A stretch of 64,000 bases of DNA from Heptranchias perlo. Its lineage: Eukaryota. Position 1 is the stretch's first letter. Every line of letters starts with the position of its first letter. Location of the stretch: positions 41,354,001 through 41,418,000 of the forward strand of contig NC_090334.1 of the NCBI RefSeq assembly GCF_035084215.1, read 5' to 3'. The notes beneath the pieces were generated by a model. The model ran no database searches, was not told the DNA's origin, and saw only the letters and a program-made list of their open reading frames with translations. Shown here piece after piece: positions 11,244 through 24,505 of the stretch. Position numbers and translations under genes: made by a program.

Positions 11244-13445
11244 AGGGCAATTATAAAGGAATGAGGGTGGAATTTGGCTAAAGTGGACTGGGTAAATAGA
11301 TTAGATGATATGATGGTGGATAAGCAGTTGCAAACATTTAAAAAGATATTTTATGACTCGCAACAAAAATATATCCCTGTTAAGAGGAAAGACTCCACAA
11401 AAAGGGTGAACCAACCATGGCTAACTAAGGAAGTAAAGGATGGTATCAGGTTAAAAGTAAAAGCATACAACATGGAAAAGATTACTGGTAAGCCTGAAGA
11501 TTGGGAAAACTTTTAAAACTAGCAAAGGATGACTAAAAGAATAATAAAGACGGAGAAAATAAATTGAGTGTAAACTAGCAAGGAGTATAAAAACTGACTG
11601 ACAGTAAATGTTTCTACAAGTATATAAAAAGGAAGAGGATGGCTAAAGTAAACATTGGTCCCTTAGAGGATGAGACTGGGGAAATAATAATGGAAAACAA
11701 GGAAATGGCAGAGGAATTGAACAAATATTTTGTATCTGTCTTCACAGTAGAAGACACTAATAATATACCAATAATAGTGGAAAATCAAGGGGCAGAGGGG
11801 AGGGAGGAACTAAAAACAATCACTATCACTAGAGAAAAAGTACTAGGTAAACTAACAGGTCTAAAGGCAGACAAGTCTCCTGGCCCTGATGGCTTGCATC
11901 CAAGGGTCTTAAAGGAAGTGGCTAGAGATAGTGGATGCATTGGTTGTAATCTTCCAGAATGCACTAGATGCTGGAAAGGTCCCAGCGGATTGGAAAACCG
12001 CAAACATAACACCCCTATTCAAGAAGGGAGTGAGACAGAAAGCAGGTAACAATAGACCAGTTAGCCTAATGTCTGTCATTGGGAAAATGCTAGAATCCAT
12101 TATTAAGGAAGTAGTAGCAGGATATTTGGAGACTCATAATACAATCAAGGAGAGTCAACATGGTTTTATGAGGGGAAATCATGTCTGACAAATTTATTAA
12201 AGTTCTTTGAGGAAGTAACGGGCAGGGTGAATAAAGGGGAACCAATGGATGCAGTATATTTGGAGTTCCAAAAGGCATTCAGTAAGGTGCCACGTGAAAG
12301 ATTACTGCACAAGATAAGAGCTCATGGTGTTGGGGGTAATATACTGGCATGGATAGAGGATTGGCTAACAAACAGAAAACAAAGAGTCGGGATTAAAAGG
12401 GTCATTTTCAAAATGGCAATCTGTAACTAGTGGGGTGCCGCAGGGCTCAGTGCTGGGGCCTCAACTATTTACAATATTTTTAATGACTTGGATGAAGGAA
12501 CAGAGTGTCTTGTGGCCAAATTTGCTAATGATACAAAGATAGGTGGAAAAGCAAGTTGCGATGAGGACACAAAGTGTCTGCAAAGAGTTATTAACAGGTT
12601 AAGTGAATGGGCAAAAATTTGGCAGATGGAGTATAATGTGAAAAAATGTGAAGTCATCCACTTTGGGAGGAAAAATAAAAAAGCAAAATATTATTTGAAT
12701 GGAGAAATACTACAAAATGCTGCGGTACAGAGTGATCTAGGTGTCCTCGTACATGAAACACAAAAAGTCAACATACAGGTGCAGCAGGTAATCTGGAAGG
12801 CAAACGGAAGAGTGTCCTTTGTTTCTAGAGGGATGGAGTATAAAAGCAGGGAAGTCATGCTACAACTGTACAGGATGCTGGTGAGACCACACCTGGAGTA
12901 CTGCATACAGTTCTGGTGCCCTTATTTAAGGAAGGACATACTTGCATTGGAGGCAGTTCAAAGAAGGTTCACTAGGTTGATTTCAGGTATGGAAGGGTTG
13001 TCTTATGAGGAAAGATTCAACAGGTTGGGTCTATACTCATTGGAGTTTAGAAGAACGAGAGGAGACCTTATTGAAACATACACGATTCTGAGGGGACTCG
13101 ATAGGGTAGATGCTGAGAGGATGTTACCCCTCATGGGGGAATCTAAAACTAGGGAGCAGTCTTAGAATAAGGGGTCGCCCGTTTAAGATGGAAATGAGGA
13201 GGAATTTCTTCTCCCAGAGGGTCGTGAATCTTTGGAATTCTTTACCCCAAAAAGCTGTGGAGGCTGAGTCATTGAATACATTCAAGGCTGAGTTAGACAA
13301 ATTTTTGATCAGCAAGGGAGTCAAAGGATATGGGGAAAAGGCGGGAAAGGAGTTGAGGTAAAAATCAGATCAGCCATGATCTCATTGAATGGCGGAGCAG
13401 GCCCAAGAGGCCGAATGGCCTACTCCTGCTCCTATCTCTTATGGT
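11244..13445 (+). mobile_element. 5'-truncated CR1 LINE, ORF2 (RT) with frameshifts
   Basis: KSPGPDGLHPRVLKE, RPVSL, SQHGF, FQKAF, GVPQGSVLGP, FANDTK, RPHLEYC, RGDLIE. 3' end GGCCGAATGGCCTACTCCTGCTCCTAT. Confidence 0.92.
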
Positions 13446-14679
13446 TTTGCTTTGACATCATGATTAGCTGTGAAAAGCAAAACCAGGATAGCTGAGCCAG
13501 ACTGTTTGCCTCAAAATGCCTTGGGGTATTGAGGTTGAGCTCCTTTTTGTGAATAAAGCTCTGTGACAAGTGGGAAAATATATTGTAGTGCAGTTTATGT
13601 TCAAACTCAGTTGAAATATTATTCAAAAATAGACAGCTAATTTATAAAATTGCTCAATGTTAACCTTAGAAGCTGTCTTAGACTATGAAGGGACTTACCA
13701 GAATCCAGCTGTTGGATTCAAGAATATCTATAAACAAAGTGTTTGCGGATTTTATCCCATTACTGTCTCACAACAAAAGTGTTGTTAATCCTTCAACAAT
13801 AACTTCCGCTTGATTCTGGCCTGAATGGTTATAAAATAGCAAGCTTTAATAGATTGATTCACAACAGTAATACAGCTGTCTTCAGATTATATTAAATGAC
13901 AAGCAATCAATATAACCTGATTTTACTTCCCTGACCTGACCTCCACGGACTGCCTGTGTCAATGAACTTCCAACCGTCCCCTCTCAAGAGCTCTACCTTT
14001 TGGGAGGATGCATGCCCTATCTTTATACTATTCAGCTACATTATTCTGCACGTACACACCTTTGTCCTTATCTCCTGTTTGTAAACATCCCACCTGTGCT
14101 GACTCTGAAACACAATCAAGGATGACCATACACAAAGGAAGTATTTAATTAACATTAGAATTCAAGGCTATTGATAACAAAGCAAGTTGAACATAAAACT
14201 TCAAAGGAGGTAAATCTTATGATTTTTTTTCTTAAAACTTCAAATGCCATCCAGTGACTCGCAGGTAAAGTCTCCAACTCCGAGCTATGTAGAGCACGAA
14301 GATTCTAGGTTCGATGCCCAGCCTGATGTTATTCAATCATAGAAACAGGAGTAGGCCATTCAGCCCCTTGAGCCTGTTTCAGCATTCAATTAGATCCTAG
14401 CTGATCAATATCTGAACTCCATCCACCTGCTCTTCACATGGTTAATAAAGGGAAAATGTACTTCCCATTCCTGATAACTACACAGGAATCTATACATGAA
14501 GTGCACCTGTCAACACTGGGTGAAGATAAGATCTGTCTCAGCTGTGATGTCCTCTACAGTTGGATAGCTTACTGGCTTACATGAATAATTGCCACTTTAG
14601 GTATCAATGGGTGACTGCATTCAGGGATAAAAGACCAAATATTGGAGAAAAGAAGTTGAATCACTTGAAATATTTTGGC

Positions 14680-14711
<32 letters not shown>

Positions 14712-14769
14712 TTCATATTAGGAACCTAGGCCATTCAGACCCTCAAGCCTGTTCTGATAAGGGAAACAG

Positions 14770-14840
14770 TGACCCGACATGATTCGAATATGCAGCCTTC
14801 TAATCTGGAGACAGACGCGCTATTGTTGCACCACAAGGTC
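14770..14840 (-). pseudogene. tRNA-Trp(CCA) pseudogene
   Basis: Reverse complement GACCTTGTGGTGCAACAATAGCGCGTCTGTCTCCAGATTAGAAGGCTGCATATTCGAATCATGTCGGGTCA aligns to vertebrate tRNA-Trp. The D-loop GG and T-loop G are mutated, there are CpG transitions and a 1-nt acceptor-stem deletion, and no T4+ terminator follows. Confidence 0.8.
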
Positions 14841-16494
14841 ACTGCACTAGCACAGCTAGTGTATCACAACAATGTGATGGAAACGGTTACAGTAAATGTG
14901 ACATGGTTATACACAAGACTTCTAATATGTTACTAGTCAATCTGCCATGGTGTTGCACATAGTAAGTCAGTGAATATGGTCACTGTTACCTGTCTATGAT
15001 GTCTTCATGTTGCTGTTTCTTTCTGTCTCTTCTCTTTTGCCTTGCTCCCCAGAACTCTTTTTGCTTCTCTGCTTTTTTCATTTCTTTGGATGGGAGGTAG
15101 TGGCTGGTGTGACAGACAAAGGAGCCACAAATAACTAGGCTGCATTTTGGGTGTGGTGATGGGGAAAATGTGACTGTCAGATACTCCTGACCCATTCATG
15201 TTTACCTTACCCCTTCCCACTATTTCCTACCACCCCCGCACTACCCCTACCTCTTCTCCTTTGACCTACCTGATCAATCCCTGTATCTTCTATTTTGCTT
15301 TGCTCTACTGTTGCTCACCTCATCCTCAATCATCCATGCACCTCCTTAACCCTCTATTTGGTACCCAGAGGCATCTCAACCCGTTTCCCTCCCTTCCTGT
15401 TTTTTTCTGAAGAGGCTTTAATTGCTTTTAAAAATCAACTCACTTGTTTTCAGAAAAAAGAATTAAAATGTGGAAAAACACAAATACGCTGTCAAATTGC
15501 TATCTCACAGGTGTAAAGAATTAGCAATAAATGTTTCCATTAGCAAAGTAGAGCTGGAGCTAGTTGGCTTCAAAATTCAATTGGTGTTTTTTTTAAATTG
15601 AATAAGCATTAACTTGAGTCTCGGCTTCATGCACTTTCCAAGCTTTACAAAACATAAAATAAAAGTACTCAGAATACTCATTTTTTCCCTCACACTTACA
15701 AAACACTCAATATAAAATTTACCTGAATAAAGCTTGAAATTTGTCCTTTTGTTTTTCAAAATTATTTGGAAAAAAAACCTAGGAACTGCTAGAAGATAAA
15801 GAAAAATATTCTATCAGTACAGCTGATGCATCCTAGTAAATTAGACAAACATGTCGGCCACACAGTCCAAATTCAGCTCACAGAGTCACATTTGTGGGCA
15901 AAAATATCAACTCCAAATCCAGGCTTTTGGAGGAGCTGAAGCCTTCAGATAAAAACTTTAACAAAGGCATTAATAGATATGAAACGGTCAATTTAGTGGA
16001 CAAATTTAATCATGTTCTTGTGAGATGTAATTTTTTTAAATAATTGTTTAAACCTTTATTTTGAACATTGGAAATTTGTTAATGAGAAAAAAATGGCAGA
16101 TGAAAAAAGCATTTTGAACAATTGTATGACCCTGGCAGCCAGATTTTGCAATCATTCCACTGTCACTATAAAATAGCAGCAGTAATTATTACCCAAAAAG
16201 GAACTGCTGTTTTAAATGGTTTTCTCCCCTTGTGATGCTGGTTTTAATTCAGTATAGTCATAGTCAGATAAATACTTACCTGATCCAAACATAATTCTGA
16301 TAAAAACATAATGCCTTTGTATTGGTATAATAGTGTATAATCCTTTTTTTGCCACATGTGTTGTCTAAAAAGCAGTAATTTAGTTGTAGGACTTTTTTTC
16401 TCTGAATTATTTTCATTGCCCTGGTACACACCTCCTACTGCTACAGCATTAGCATATTTTCCTTTTTCTCCAAACCTGTACCTAACTTATTTAC

Positions 16495-16725
16495 CCAGAG
16501 AGTGTGATTTGAATGTGGAACTCGCTACCATATGGAGTGGTTGAGGCAAATTGCATAGATGAGTTTAAAAGGAAGCTAGATAAGTACATGAGGGAGAAAC
16601 GAATAGAAGGATATGCTGATAGGGTTAGATGAAGCAGGGTGGGAGGAGGCCGGTGTGAAGCATAAACACCGACACAGACCAGTTGGGCCGTCTGGCCCGT
16701 GTCTGTGCTGTAATTTCTATGTAAT
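16495..16725 (+). mobile_element. CR1-family 3' end fragment
   Basis: TGTGGAACTCGCTACCA...GGAAGCTAGATAAG...GGGCCG..TGGCCCGTGTCTGTGCTGTAA tail. Related copies on the minus strand near 24950-25170 and 40060-40285. Confidence 0.7.
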
Positions 16726-18164
16726 TGTGTCACACAGCCTGACACTTTTAACATTGAAAATATCTATCACAGCGCCACCTACAGGAGTAACTAATACAGT
16801 TTTCAATGAAGCGAGTGCTTAACATACATAATTTAATATTTTAGTATTTTTAGTAATAGTCAGTTTTATGCTTAATGCTACTATTTAAAATTAGTCTGTT
16901 AATGTCTGACCTGTGAAAAAATTGCCATTTTGAGAAGCCTAAAAAACAGTAAACAAATTACTGCGAGGAGTTAAGGGCTAACTAACTCCATCGGTTCCCA
17001 CTACATGGTTGGAACAGTAGAGGAAAGTTGCAGCTTCCAGGCGTCACATGTTTACGGTACCATCACTTGTTTACGGTGATTACTACCAGACGACTAAGAC
17101 GACGATTATAAAAAGCCAAAACTAACAGAACACAATTCAATGAAGCACTGTCACACTATTTATGATAATAGATCTGAACTTCTACGGTCTGATGCTAAAA
17201 GCAAAATTCACGTGCTGGACTGTGTTGTACTTGGAAAACTGTTTTCTCTCTACCCTATGCAAATGAGACAATTCTTTTGTCAGTGCATTTAAACAAATTA
17301 ACGTAAATTAACAGCTAGTGCTGCCTACATGTAAATGTATTCTGGCGAAACTGAAGATGACATTTGCAATACCAAGGAGCGTTAGGACAGCGGAAAGTAT
17401 CACTGTTTGGATCAAAACAGTCATTTCAGTAACTGCAACAATGTAATGTAAAAAGGTCAGTTTCTTTTTAAATTTCCTTCCGAATTTGGCCACATTCCTC
17501 ATACTGAGGTGATTTACCTTTCTGTACAAGATCTGTACTCAGTAAGCTTGAAACTTTGAATGTTTGTAAATATAACCATTAAAAGCAACAATGAACTTAC
17601 ATTTATGTGATGACACTTTTCCTTCCTAATTGATGACCATAAAAATCGTTGTTAATCGCGACCAAAAATTGTGTAGTCTAGAAATAGATATTTTTGGATG
17701 TCACAAAATCTAGTATTCTTTCGTCAATAAAATATTATTGGAGTGTTTGAGGATTGTCAATGGTGTTAGCAATCCGCAACATTGGGGACTTTTACTATTT
17801 TCTTTAATAGTTATGTCTTTATGTAGAAATTAATGTCAGGCTGGTTTTTAACTAGGTGGATGTATTCACTGTCTAATTTACGTGTACTGTGTTTCTCAAT
17901 GTCTCATTTAAAGAGACCGCCAATTTCCTCATGTTTTAGGTTTCCTATCTTTGGCTATATATGTTTAGAAGTCGCTAAATTCAGAGGTAGGCCTTAACTT
18001 TCGGTTCTAAGCTGAAATCCACTATGCAAGTCCCTCATCGCATAGATGATAGTTCGTTTTTAAAACATTGATTTAAGTTTTACTATAGAATTGCCACACT
18101 GTGCTTCAAATCACATTGTGAAATCCACTGAATTCCCCAAAATGCTCCAAAGACCTTCCTGGAG

Positions 18165-18747
18165 TAATATGAGTGGACAGGCCTTTGCCATGAAACCCAA
18201 GCAAACTGACCTGTGATACCTTTATAAAACACTGGTTGGGCTTCAGCTGGAGTATTGTGTTCAATTCTGGACGCCACACTAAATTTAGGAAGTGTGTCAA
18301 GGCCCTAGAGAGGGTGCAGAAGAGATTTACTAGAATGGTGCCAGGAATGAGGGACTTCAGTTATGTGTAGAGACTGGAGAAGCTGAGGTTGTTCAAGATC
18401 ATGAACGGTTTTGATAAAGTAAATAAGGAGAAACTGTTTCCAGTGGTAGAAGGGTCGGTAACCAGAGGACACAGATTTAGTGATCGGTAAAAGAGCCAGA
18501 GGCAACATGAGGAAACATTTTGTACACAGCCAGTTGTAATCATCAGGAATGCACTGCCTGAAAGGGTGGTGGAAGCAGATTCAAAAGTAACTTTTAAAAG
18601 GGAATAAATACTTGAAGGGAAAAGAATACAGGGCTATGGTGGAAAGAGCAGGGGAATGGGACTAATTGGATAGCTCTTTTGAAGAGCCGGCACAGGCACA
18701 ATGGGCCGAATGGCCTCCTCCTATGCTGTACCTACAATGATACTATG
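18165..18747 (+). mobile_element. CR1 LINE 3' fragment
   Basis: LYKTLV..QLEYCVQFW..ALERVQKRFTRM region, ending GGGCCGAATGGCCTCCT. Confidence 0.8.
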
Positions 18748-19344
18748 TTACCTGGGCTCCTGGTCGCATATTGGCAAGACAATTATTGGCAACTGTCAAA
18801 TCAGGTAAAGTGTCTTGAAGATGGGCTATATCTGGAAGTACATCACTGGTATGGAGTATAATATTGTTAACGACCTTTGAAGTGGTCTTAGTGCTCAGTG
18901 TTTACATTGTCACTGTCATTTCTGCCCAAAGAGACCCCCTTCTAACATGCCTATGGATCTAAATCATGTGTCTGTGTTTGATGTTTGATGCATTAGAAGC
19001 TTTTGCTTTCGCCTCCGCAAGTGGCGGCGCTATTTCATGATGTGCAGACTCAATCCCTCCCCTCCTCCAGCGTACGTGGCGAGACTGCTTAAAATTAAGG
19101 TTTACACCAACCTTCCACATTTGGAAGTGCGTAATAGTAAAACATTTCAGTGTCTTGTCACGCTCTCTTCAACCACCAAAAACGCAGGCAGAGGGGGGGG
19201 GGGGGGAAGCAAAAATAAAATGTCATCTCCATCCTGGTGCAGTCAATGTGAATCAACGGTACAGCTTCCAGCGGGGAGTTCGACATAGACAACCTGCAAA
19301 CGAGGGGACGTAGGGGTGAGGGTTTCGCCATTGGAGCCTCAGCA

Positions 19345-19414
19345 GCCTGAGCCTGAGCCGGGTCCGGGTCCGGGTGGTCCGGGTCCAGGTCCGGGTGGTC
19401 CGGGTCCAGGTCCA
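19345..19414 (+). repeat. GC-rich (GAGCCT)/(GGTCCR) micro/minisatellite upstream of GPR135
   Basis: gcctgagcctgagccg followed by ggtccg/ggtcca units, with a 21-bp higher-order duplication. Confidence 0.8.
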
Positions 19415-19511
19415 TTTGCCATTGGAGCCGCTTCCACCGACCTTGTGTGTCTCGCTGCTGAGAAAAGTCCAGTGATGAATCCTCCATTTCGCGGATGTGT
19501 TGTTCAGCCCG

Positions 19512-20807
19512 ATGGATCTTCCTACCAGGACTCCTCTGTTGGACAATCTCACGGCGACCAACACCTCGGGCACGGCCGTCGGCAACCAAAGCGGGGCCGC
19601 TCAGCGGGACGGAGCCGGGGACCAGCCCGACCCCAACTCCCTGCTCCCCGGCATGGCCGTGGCTTCCCAGGCTCTCGTCCTCCTGCTCATCTTCCTGCTC
19701 TCCAGTCTGGGCAACTCGGCCGTGATGGTGGTGATCATCAAACACCGGCAGCTGAGGACGGTGACCAACGCCTTCATCATGTCCCTGTCCCTGTCCGACT
19801 TGCTCACCGCCCTGCTCTGTGTGCCCTTCTCCTTCATCATGCTCTTCAGCCGGGACGGGGTCTGGATTTTCGGTGACCGGTTCTGCGTCGCCAACGGCTT
19901 CTTCAACTCATGTTTCGGGATCATCTCCACCCTCACCATGACTCTCATCTCCTTCGATCGCTACTATGCCATCGTCAGGCAGCCCCAGGAGAAGATGGGC
20001 GGACGCCGGGCCATCCAGCTGTTGGCCGCCGCCTGGTTGACCGCGGTCCTCTTCTCTTTCCCCTGGCACCTCCTCTCGCAAGCCCAGGGTCAACTGGTTG
20101 TCCACAAGAAGGGGTTCTATCACTGCATGTACATCTTCCACTCGGGCAGCTCCCCCATGGGCACCAGTTACAGCATGGCCCTGATCATCATCTGCTACCT
20201 CCTGCCCTTCTCCCTGATGTGTTTCTGTCACTACAACATCTGTAAGGCGGTGAGGTTGTCGGAGATCCGAGTCCGCCCGGTCACCACTTATGCCCATCTG
20301 CTGCGCTTCTACAGCGAGATGAGGACGGCCACCACCGTGCTGATCATGATCGTCTTCATCATCTGCTGCTGGGGTCCCTACTGTGTCATGGGGATCATCA
20401 CGGCCGCTGGTGACTTGCACTTCACCCCCATCATGGACACTGTGGCCATCTGGCTGGCTTGGGCCAACGGGGCTCTCAATCCGCTCATCTACGCCATCAG
20501 GAACCCCAACATCTCCATGCTCTTCGGCAGGAACAGGGAAGATGGCTACAGGACTAGAAACATAGCGGCGTACTTGTCCAGCCAGAGCCAGAGCCAGGAG
20601 GCCAGGAGTCGGGCGGACAGGATAAGGGACCGCTATGTCAACCGGCATGGGACCGGCAGCAGGATGTCCTCCTCCAGCCCCGCCCATGGAGACGTCGCCA
20701 TGTGGGCCTGTAAAAACCCCGCTGTGCTCTTCTGCAGAGATGGACAAGCCGATACTGTGTCTGAGCCCGCTGTACCCAAATCAGAGACTGCAGACACCAG
20801 CCTTTAA
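19512..20807 (+). CDS. GPR135: Orphan class A GPCR GPR135, intronless CDS, 431 aa
   Basis: 7TM protein with GN (TM1), LSLSD (TM2), DRY, CWGP and NPLIY motifs plus the GPR135-type segment [26 protein letters not shown]. The first in-frame ATG is 19512 (in-frame TGA at 19476). Syntenic between L3HYPDH and DAAM1. Confidence 0.93.
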   Translation: MDLPTRTPLLDNLTATNTSGTAVGNQSGAAQRDGAGDQPDPNSLLPGMAVASQALVLLLIFLLSSLGNSAVMVVIIKHRQLRTVTNAFIMSLSLSDLLTALLCVPFSFIMLFSRDGVWIFGDRFCVANGFFNSCFGIISTLTMTLISFDRYYAIVRQPQEKMGGRRAIQLLAAAWLTAVLFSFPWHLLSQAQGQLVVHKKGFYHCMYIFHSGSSPMGTSYSMALIIICYLLPFSLMCFCHYNICKAVRLSEIRVRPVTTYAHLLRFYSEMRTATTVLIMIVFIICCWGPYCVMGIITAAGDLHFTPIMDTVAIWLAWANGALNPLIYAIRNPNISMLFGRNREDGYRTRNIAAYLSSQSQSQEARSRADRIRDRYVNRHGTGSRMSSSSPAHGDVAMWACKNPAVLFCRDGQADTVSEPAVPKSETADTSL

Positions 20808-21596
20808 ATAGGGATCCAGATTATTCACCTTAGTGAAGGAGATTTCTGGAAAGTGCAGAACTTTGTAGCAAACTGTTTCTGGTGCAAAACCTGTGGATTG
20901 CTTCCATATTGTATATTATACAGTCATCGATTATATTGCAATATGGGACGTGAGGTGGTATCATTCTAAATTGTCAATTTCACAGTAAAAGATCAATTCC
21001 CGACAACACAATCGGAAGCATCCATGAGAACTCTTATGTCTGCTTATACTTCAAGACTGTACATAATACAGAAGCGAACCTTCATTTTAGGAGACTTAAT
21101 AAATGTTCAGAAATACTGAATGCAACAAGATTACATACTGTACCAATGGAACATAAATAAGACTGGAAAAATAACCTTTCCCAAATCCAGGAGACAACCA
21201 CATTATTTTCAATTGTTAAAGACTTTACCATATAGGTCTTTCTATAAGATGATTGCAACAATCTACTATTGGTCTGTTTGGCAGTCTTAACCAGGGGATG
21301 TTTGAGTCTCAAATAGTAGTTTAATACTGAAATAGGAAAAATGAATAGATTTTGACCCAAATTTGACCATAATATATTTTGTCTCAGGAGATAAATTATA
21401 CATTTCCATGGCTATAGGGAAAGAGCAGGGGAATGGGATTAATTGGATAGCTTTTTCAAAGAACTGGCACAGGCACGATGGGCTCCTCATGTGCTGTATC
21501 TACTATGATGCTAGATGGCATGAGTTTATCTTAGTAGTTAAAGCATACAGACCATAAAGTCTTAGTTTTCACCCTCAGTCTGTATTCAGTTAAAGA

Positions 21597-21930
21597 AAAA
21601 AGATTTCACATTTATATAGCACCTTTCACAATCTTAGGTCATCCCAAAGCACTTCACAGCCAATGAAGTACTTTTGATGTGCAGTCACTGTTGCAGTTTA
21701 GGGAAAAACAGGCAATTTGCACAGAGCAAGGTTCCACAAACAGCAAAGAAATAGGTGGTACTGGCCAAGGGATAAGTGTTGGCCTGGACACTGGGGAGAA
21801 CTCCCCTGCTCTTCATTGAAATAGTGCCATGGGATCTTTCACATCCACCTGAGGGTAGACGAGACCTCTGTTTCATGAGTCATCTGAAAGTTGGCACCTC
21901 TGACATTGCAGCACTCCCTCAGTACTGCAT
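21597..21930 (-). mobile_element. DeuSINE (SacSINE1/AmnSINE1-related) fragment with L2-type tail
   Basis: Reverse complement GCAGTACTGAGGGAGTGCTGCAATGTCAGAGGTGCC...CAGGTGGATGTGAAAGATCCCATGGCACTATTTC...AGAGCAGGGGAGTTCTCCCC resembles the Deu domain as I recall it. Tail GAAAGGTGCTATATAAATG. Confidence 0.7.
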
Positions 21931-23904
21931 TATGTGCTTGTTCACCTGAGGTGGGACAGTAGGGCATTATGACTAGCCTCAGCAACCCTTAGTTAGAGAG
22001 AGGGAAGTTAAACACATCTCCTGCTCTTAACTGCTATCCACAGACCCCTGCTAGATATGTGGAGGTCAGGTGCAGACAGGATCAGCTGTGATGATTCTCC
22101 TCCCGCCACACTCGCCACCCCATAACAAGTAAACATTCACAACTGAAGTTCACACACGAGTAATGGCTACTTGGGTAAGGTCTCAGAGGGTGATCACTAC
22201 CTATAGCACCAAACCCCAGCAAGGAGCCAACACTTTGGGAGAGGAGGAAAGAAAACTGGTGAGGAAAGAACAAAAGAAAATGAGTGGGAAATCAATAAAA
22301 AGACTACAAGAGTTAGTTAACGTTATTTGGATCAATGCTCAATTATTTGTGCCAGCACTTTGGCAACATTAGTAAGTGTACCTTCCGTACAGTCGCTGAT
22401 AACGTGCCAACATCAAATATCTGCGCCCAAAGTGCCAAAATGATGAGACCAGTTTTTAAACAAAATTTCTCATGTACATCAATTGAAAATCATATTTCCA
22501 AGCCTTATCTACTTAATCAACAGTAAAAACTGGTGACTAAATAGTCAATCAGAATCTCATCAGCAGCAATGTCTGAGAAATATATAAAAGTGCTTGTAAC
22601 TGTTACATTTTAAAACAATTCTAATCAATATACAGTGAACACAAAAACGTTTCTTAACAGGGCCAATACCTCAGAGTTTATTGCTTCTACATTCTACAAC
22701 GTCCTGGTGACCTGACATTGGTTTTAAAGCCTTAAATATTGAAGCTTTGCAGTACAAGATACGATTTCATTCCTCAACTGCCTTTCCAGGATGGGGAAAA
22801 AGGAGCAAAGCATTTTCCTGTGTAGCATTATAAGCCTAATATAAATGTTTTATTCCAAATTTGCTAATATTTGTGAAAAGTAAATACATATAAATATTTT
22901 GTAAACAAATCAAAAATAAATTGTCTTGTATTTTATGTATTTAAATGTTGTTTTATAATGGTGCAAGTGTATTGCCCCAGAATGCTGAGTGTTTGTTGTA
23001 TGGTGTCAAACCACTGAACAATTATTTGTTCATCCCATTACATTCTTTGTTCTGTTATCATTAAAGTTTAATTTAAGAAATATTTAATGTTGGCAGTATG
23101 TATCATCAGGGCAAGGTTGGTACATAGTAATAATGTAAACAAGTAAAATATATTGACCACAATATACATTTTATTCATACATTAACAATCCGCATTTATT
23201 TAATTGATTTGCGATAAACTGGTGTATCCTTGGCCATGTCAGTACAAAAGCATGGTTTAAATATAACCTTGATGAGCTCAGTTAAATGAATGGCAGAAAC
23301 AACATACTTTATTTATGTTTGCTTTAAACTATTTACCCAAAATGGTTGTAAATAAGTATTTATGAAATCATAGACTATTTATCATACATTTTTATGGGAT
23401 TTCATTGTAAATAATTCACAAAAGGCATTGGCATATATCATTTGATGCATTTATTTGTAGGATTAGGTTTTAAGAGCTCCAGTATTATGATAACGAAGTT
23501 TTTCTGAGTGCGCAGAATGATAGTGACAATGTTGTTTCCTCAGCACTGAACCCTTCTCACTGATGACCACATAAAACTCACCCTCTTAAAACGCTGAGGC
23601 CAAAAGACTTTGGTTTTATTCTGTAATGTGTCTATGTACATAGAAGGCAAATTAAATTATTCCAAATTAGTCTTTTTCTGTAATATCAGATGTGATGGGT
23701 ACATACTCAAACAATACTGTCTGCATATAAATAGAATAAATCAAATAAATTATACACTTAACATACATGAATATATTGGCTATGGTAAATTATCAATAAC
23801 TAATCCTTGCTGATACTTAGGACTACACAATATCATCAAAAGATGTGTTCATAGTTAGTGTTTCATGCAAGCCTTTTGGACAATTATTTCTTCTTGAACA
23901 TAAT

Positions 23905-24505
23905 AGGTCAGATTTTGCTGGAGCGTGCCCCATTAGACTTGTTCATGCACGTTTAGCTTTTAAAAATTTTTGCCCATAAAGTTGCAGAAAGTGAGAGCTG
24001 GTAAAGGCACAGCGAGGGAAACAGGCTACCTGGGACCTTGGTGAACGACGAGGAGTTTATCTCCTTAACCAATGAGATTTAAAGGATTAAGAAATAAACA
24101 GAGGAAGGACTGAGAAGGAGGGTGAATTAAAGGGGGTGAATTCAATGTCAAATCGGGTACAGAAAGAGAAATCGAGAGGGAAATAGGCCAGAGAGGTTGA
24201 TTGGCAGTCATTAACAATCATATCGTTAAAAAGGTACTTATGCTGTTAATTAACAGACTTAACTTTGTGGCGAATTTAATGGGCAACTAATGGGCAAATG
24301 CAGCAATTTCATGAAAATCACGGAGGTTAAGCGCAAGATGCCGTTTTCATGAAGCTAACGTGGAGCGGCGCAAATCAGCCAGCAATTTGGGGCAATTTGC
24401 AATTCACGGCATATCTCTCCCTCGCGATAAGTTGCTGGCCAATTTGCGCATTAATAACTGTGGGCGTCATTCAGACGCCATCATTTTTTCAGCAAAATCT
24501 GGCCC
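23905..24505. mobile_element. PIF/Harbinger-type MITE
   Basis: TIRs AGGTCAGATTTTGCTG (23905-23920) and CAGCAAAATCTGGCCC (24490-24505), with a 3-bp TSD AAT on both sides (23902-23904, 24506-24508). Confidence 0.8.

Noticed and set aside
19316-19474. Pro/Gly-rich ORF (PGPGPGG) as the GPR135 N-terminus
   Set aside because: Different frame from GPR135, GTG start, and explained by the GGTCCR repeat. A frameshift error is not needed because ATG 19512 gives a complete receptor.
19908-20747. 279-aa antisense ORF over GPR135
   Set aside because: Typical shadow ORF of a GC3-rich coding sequence, with no recognisable motif.
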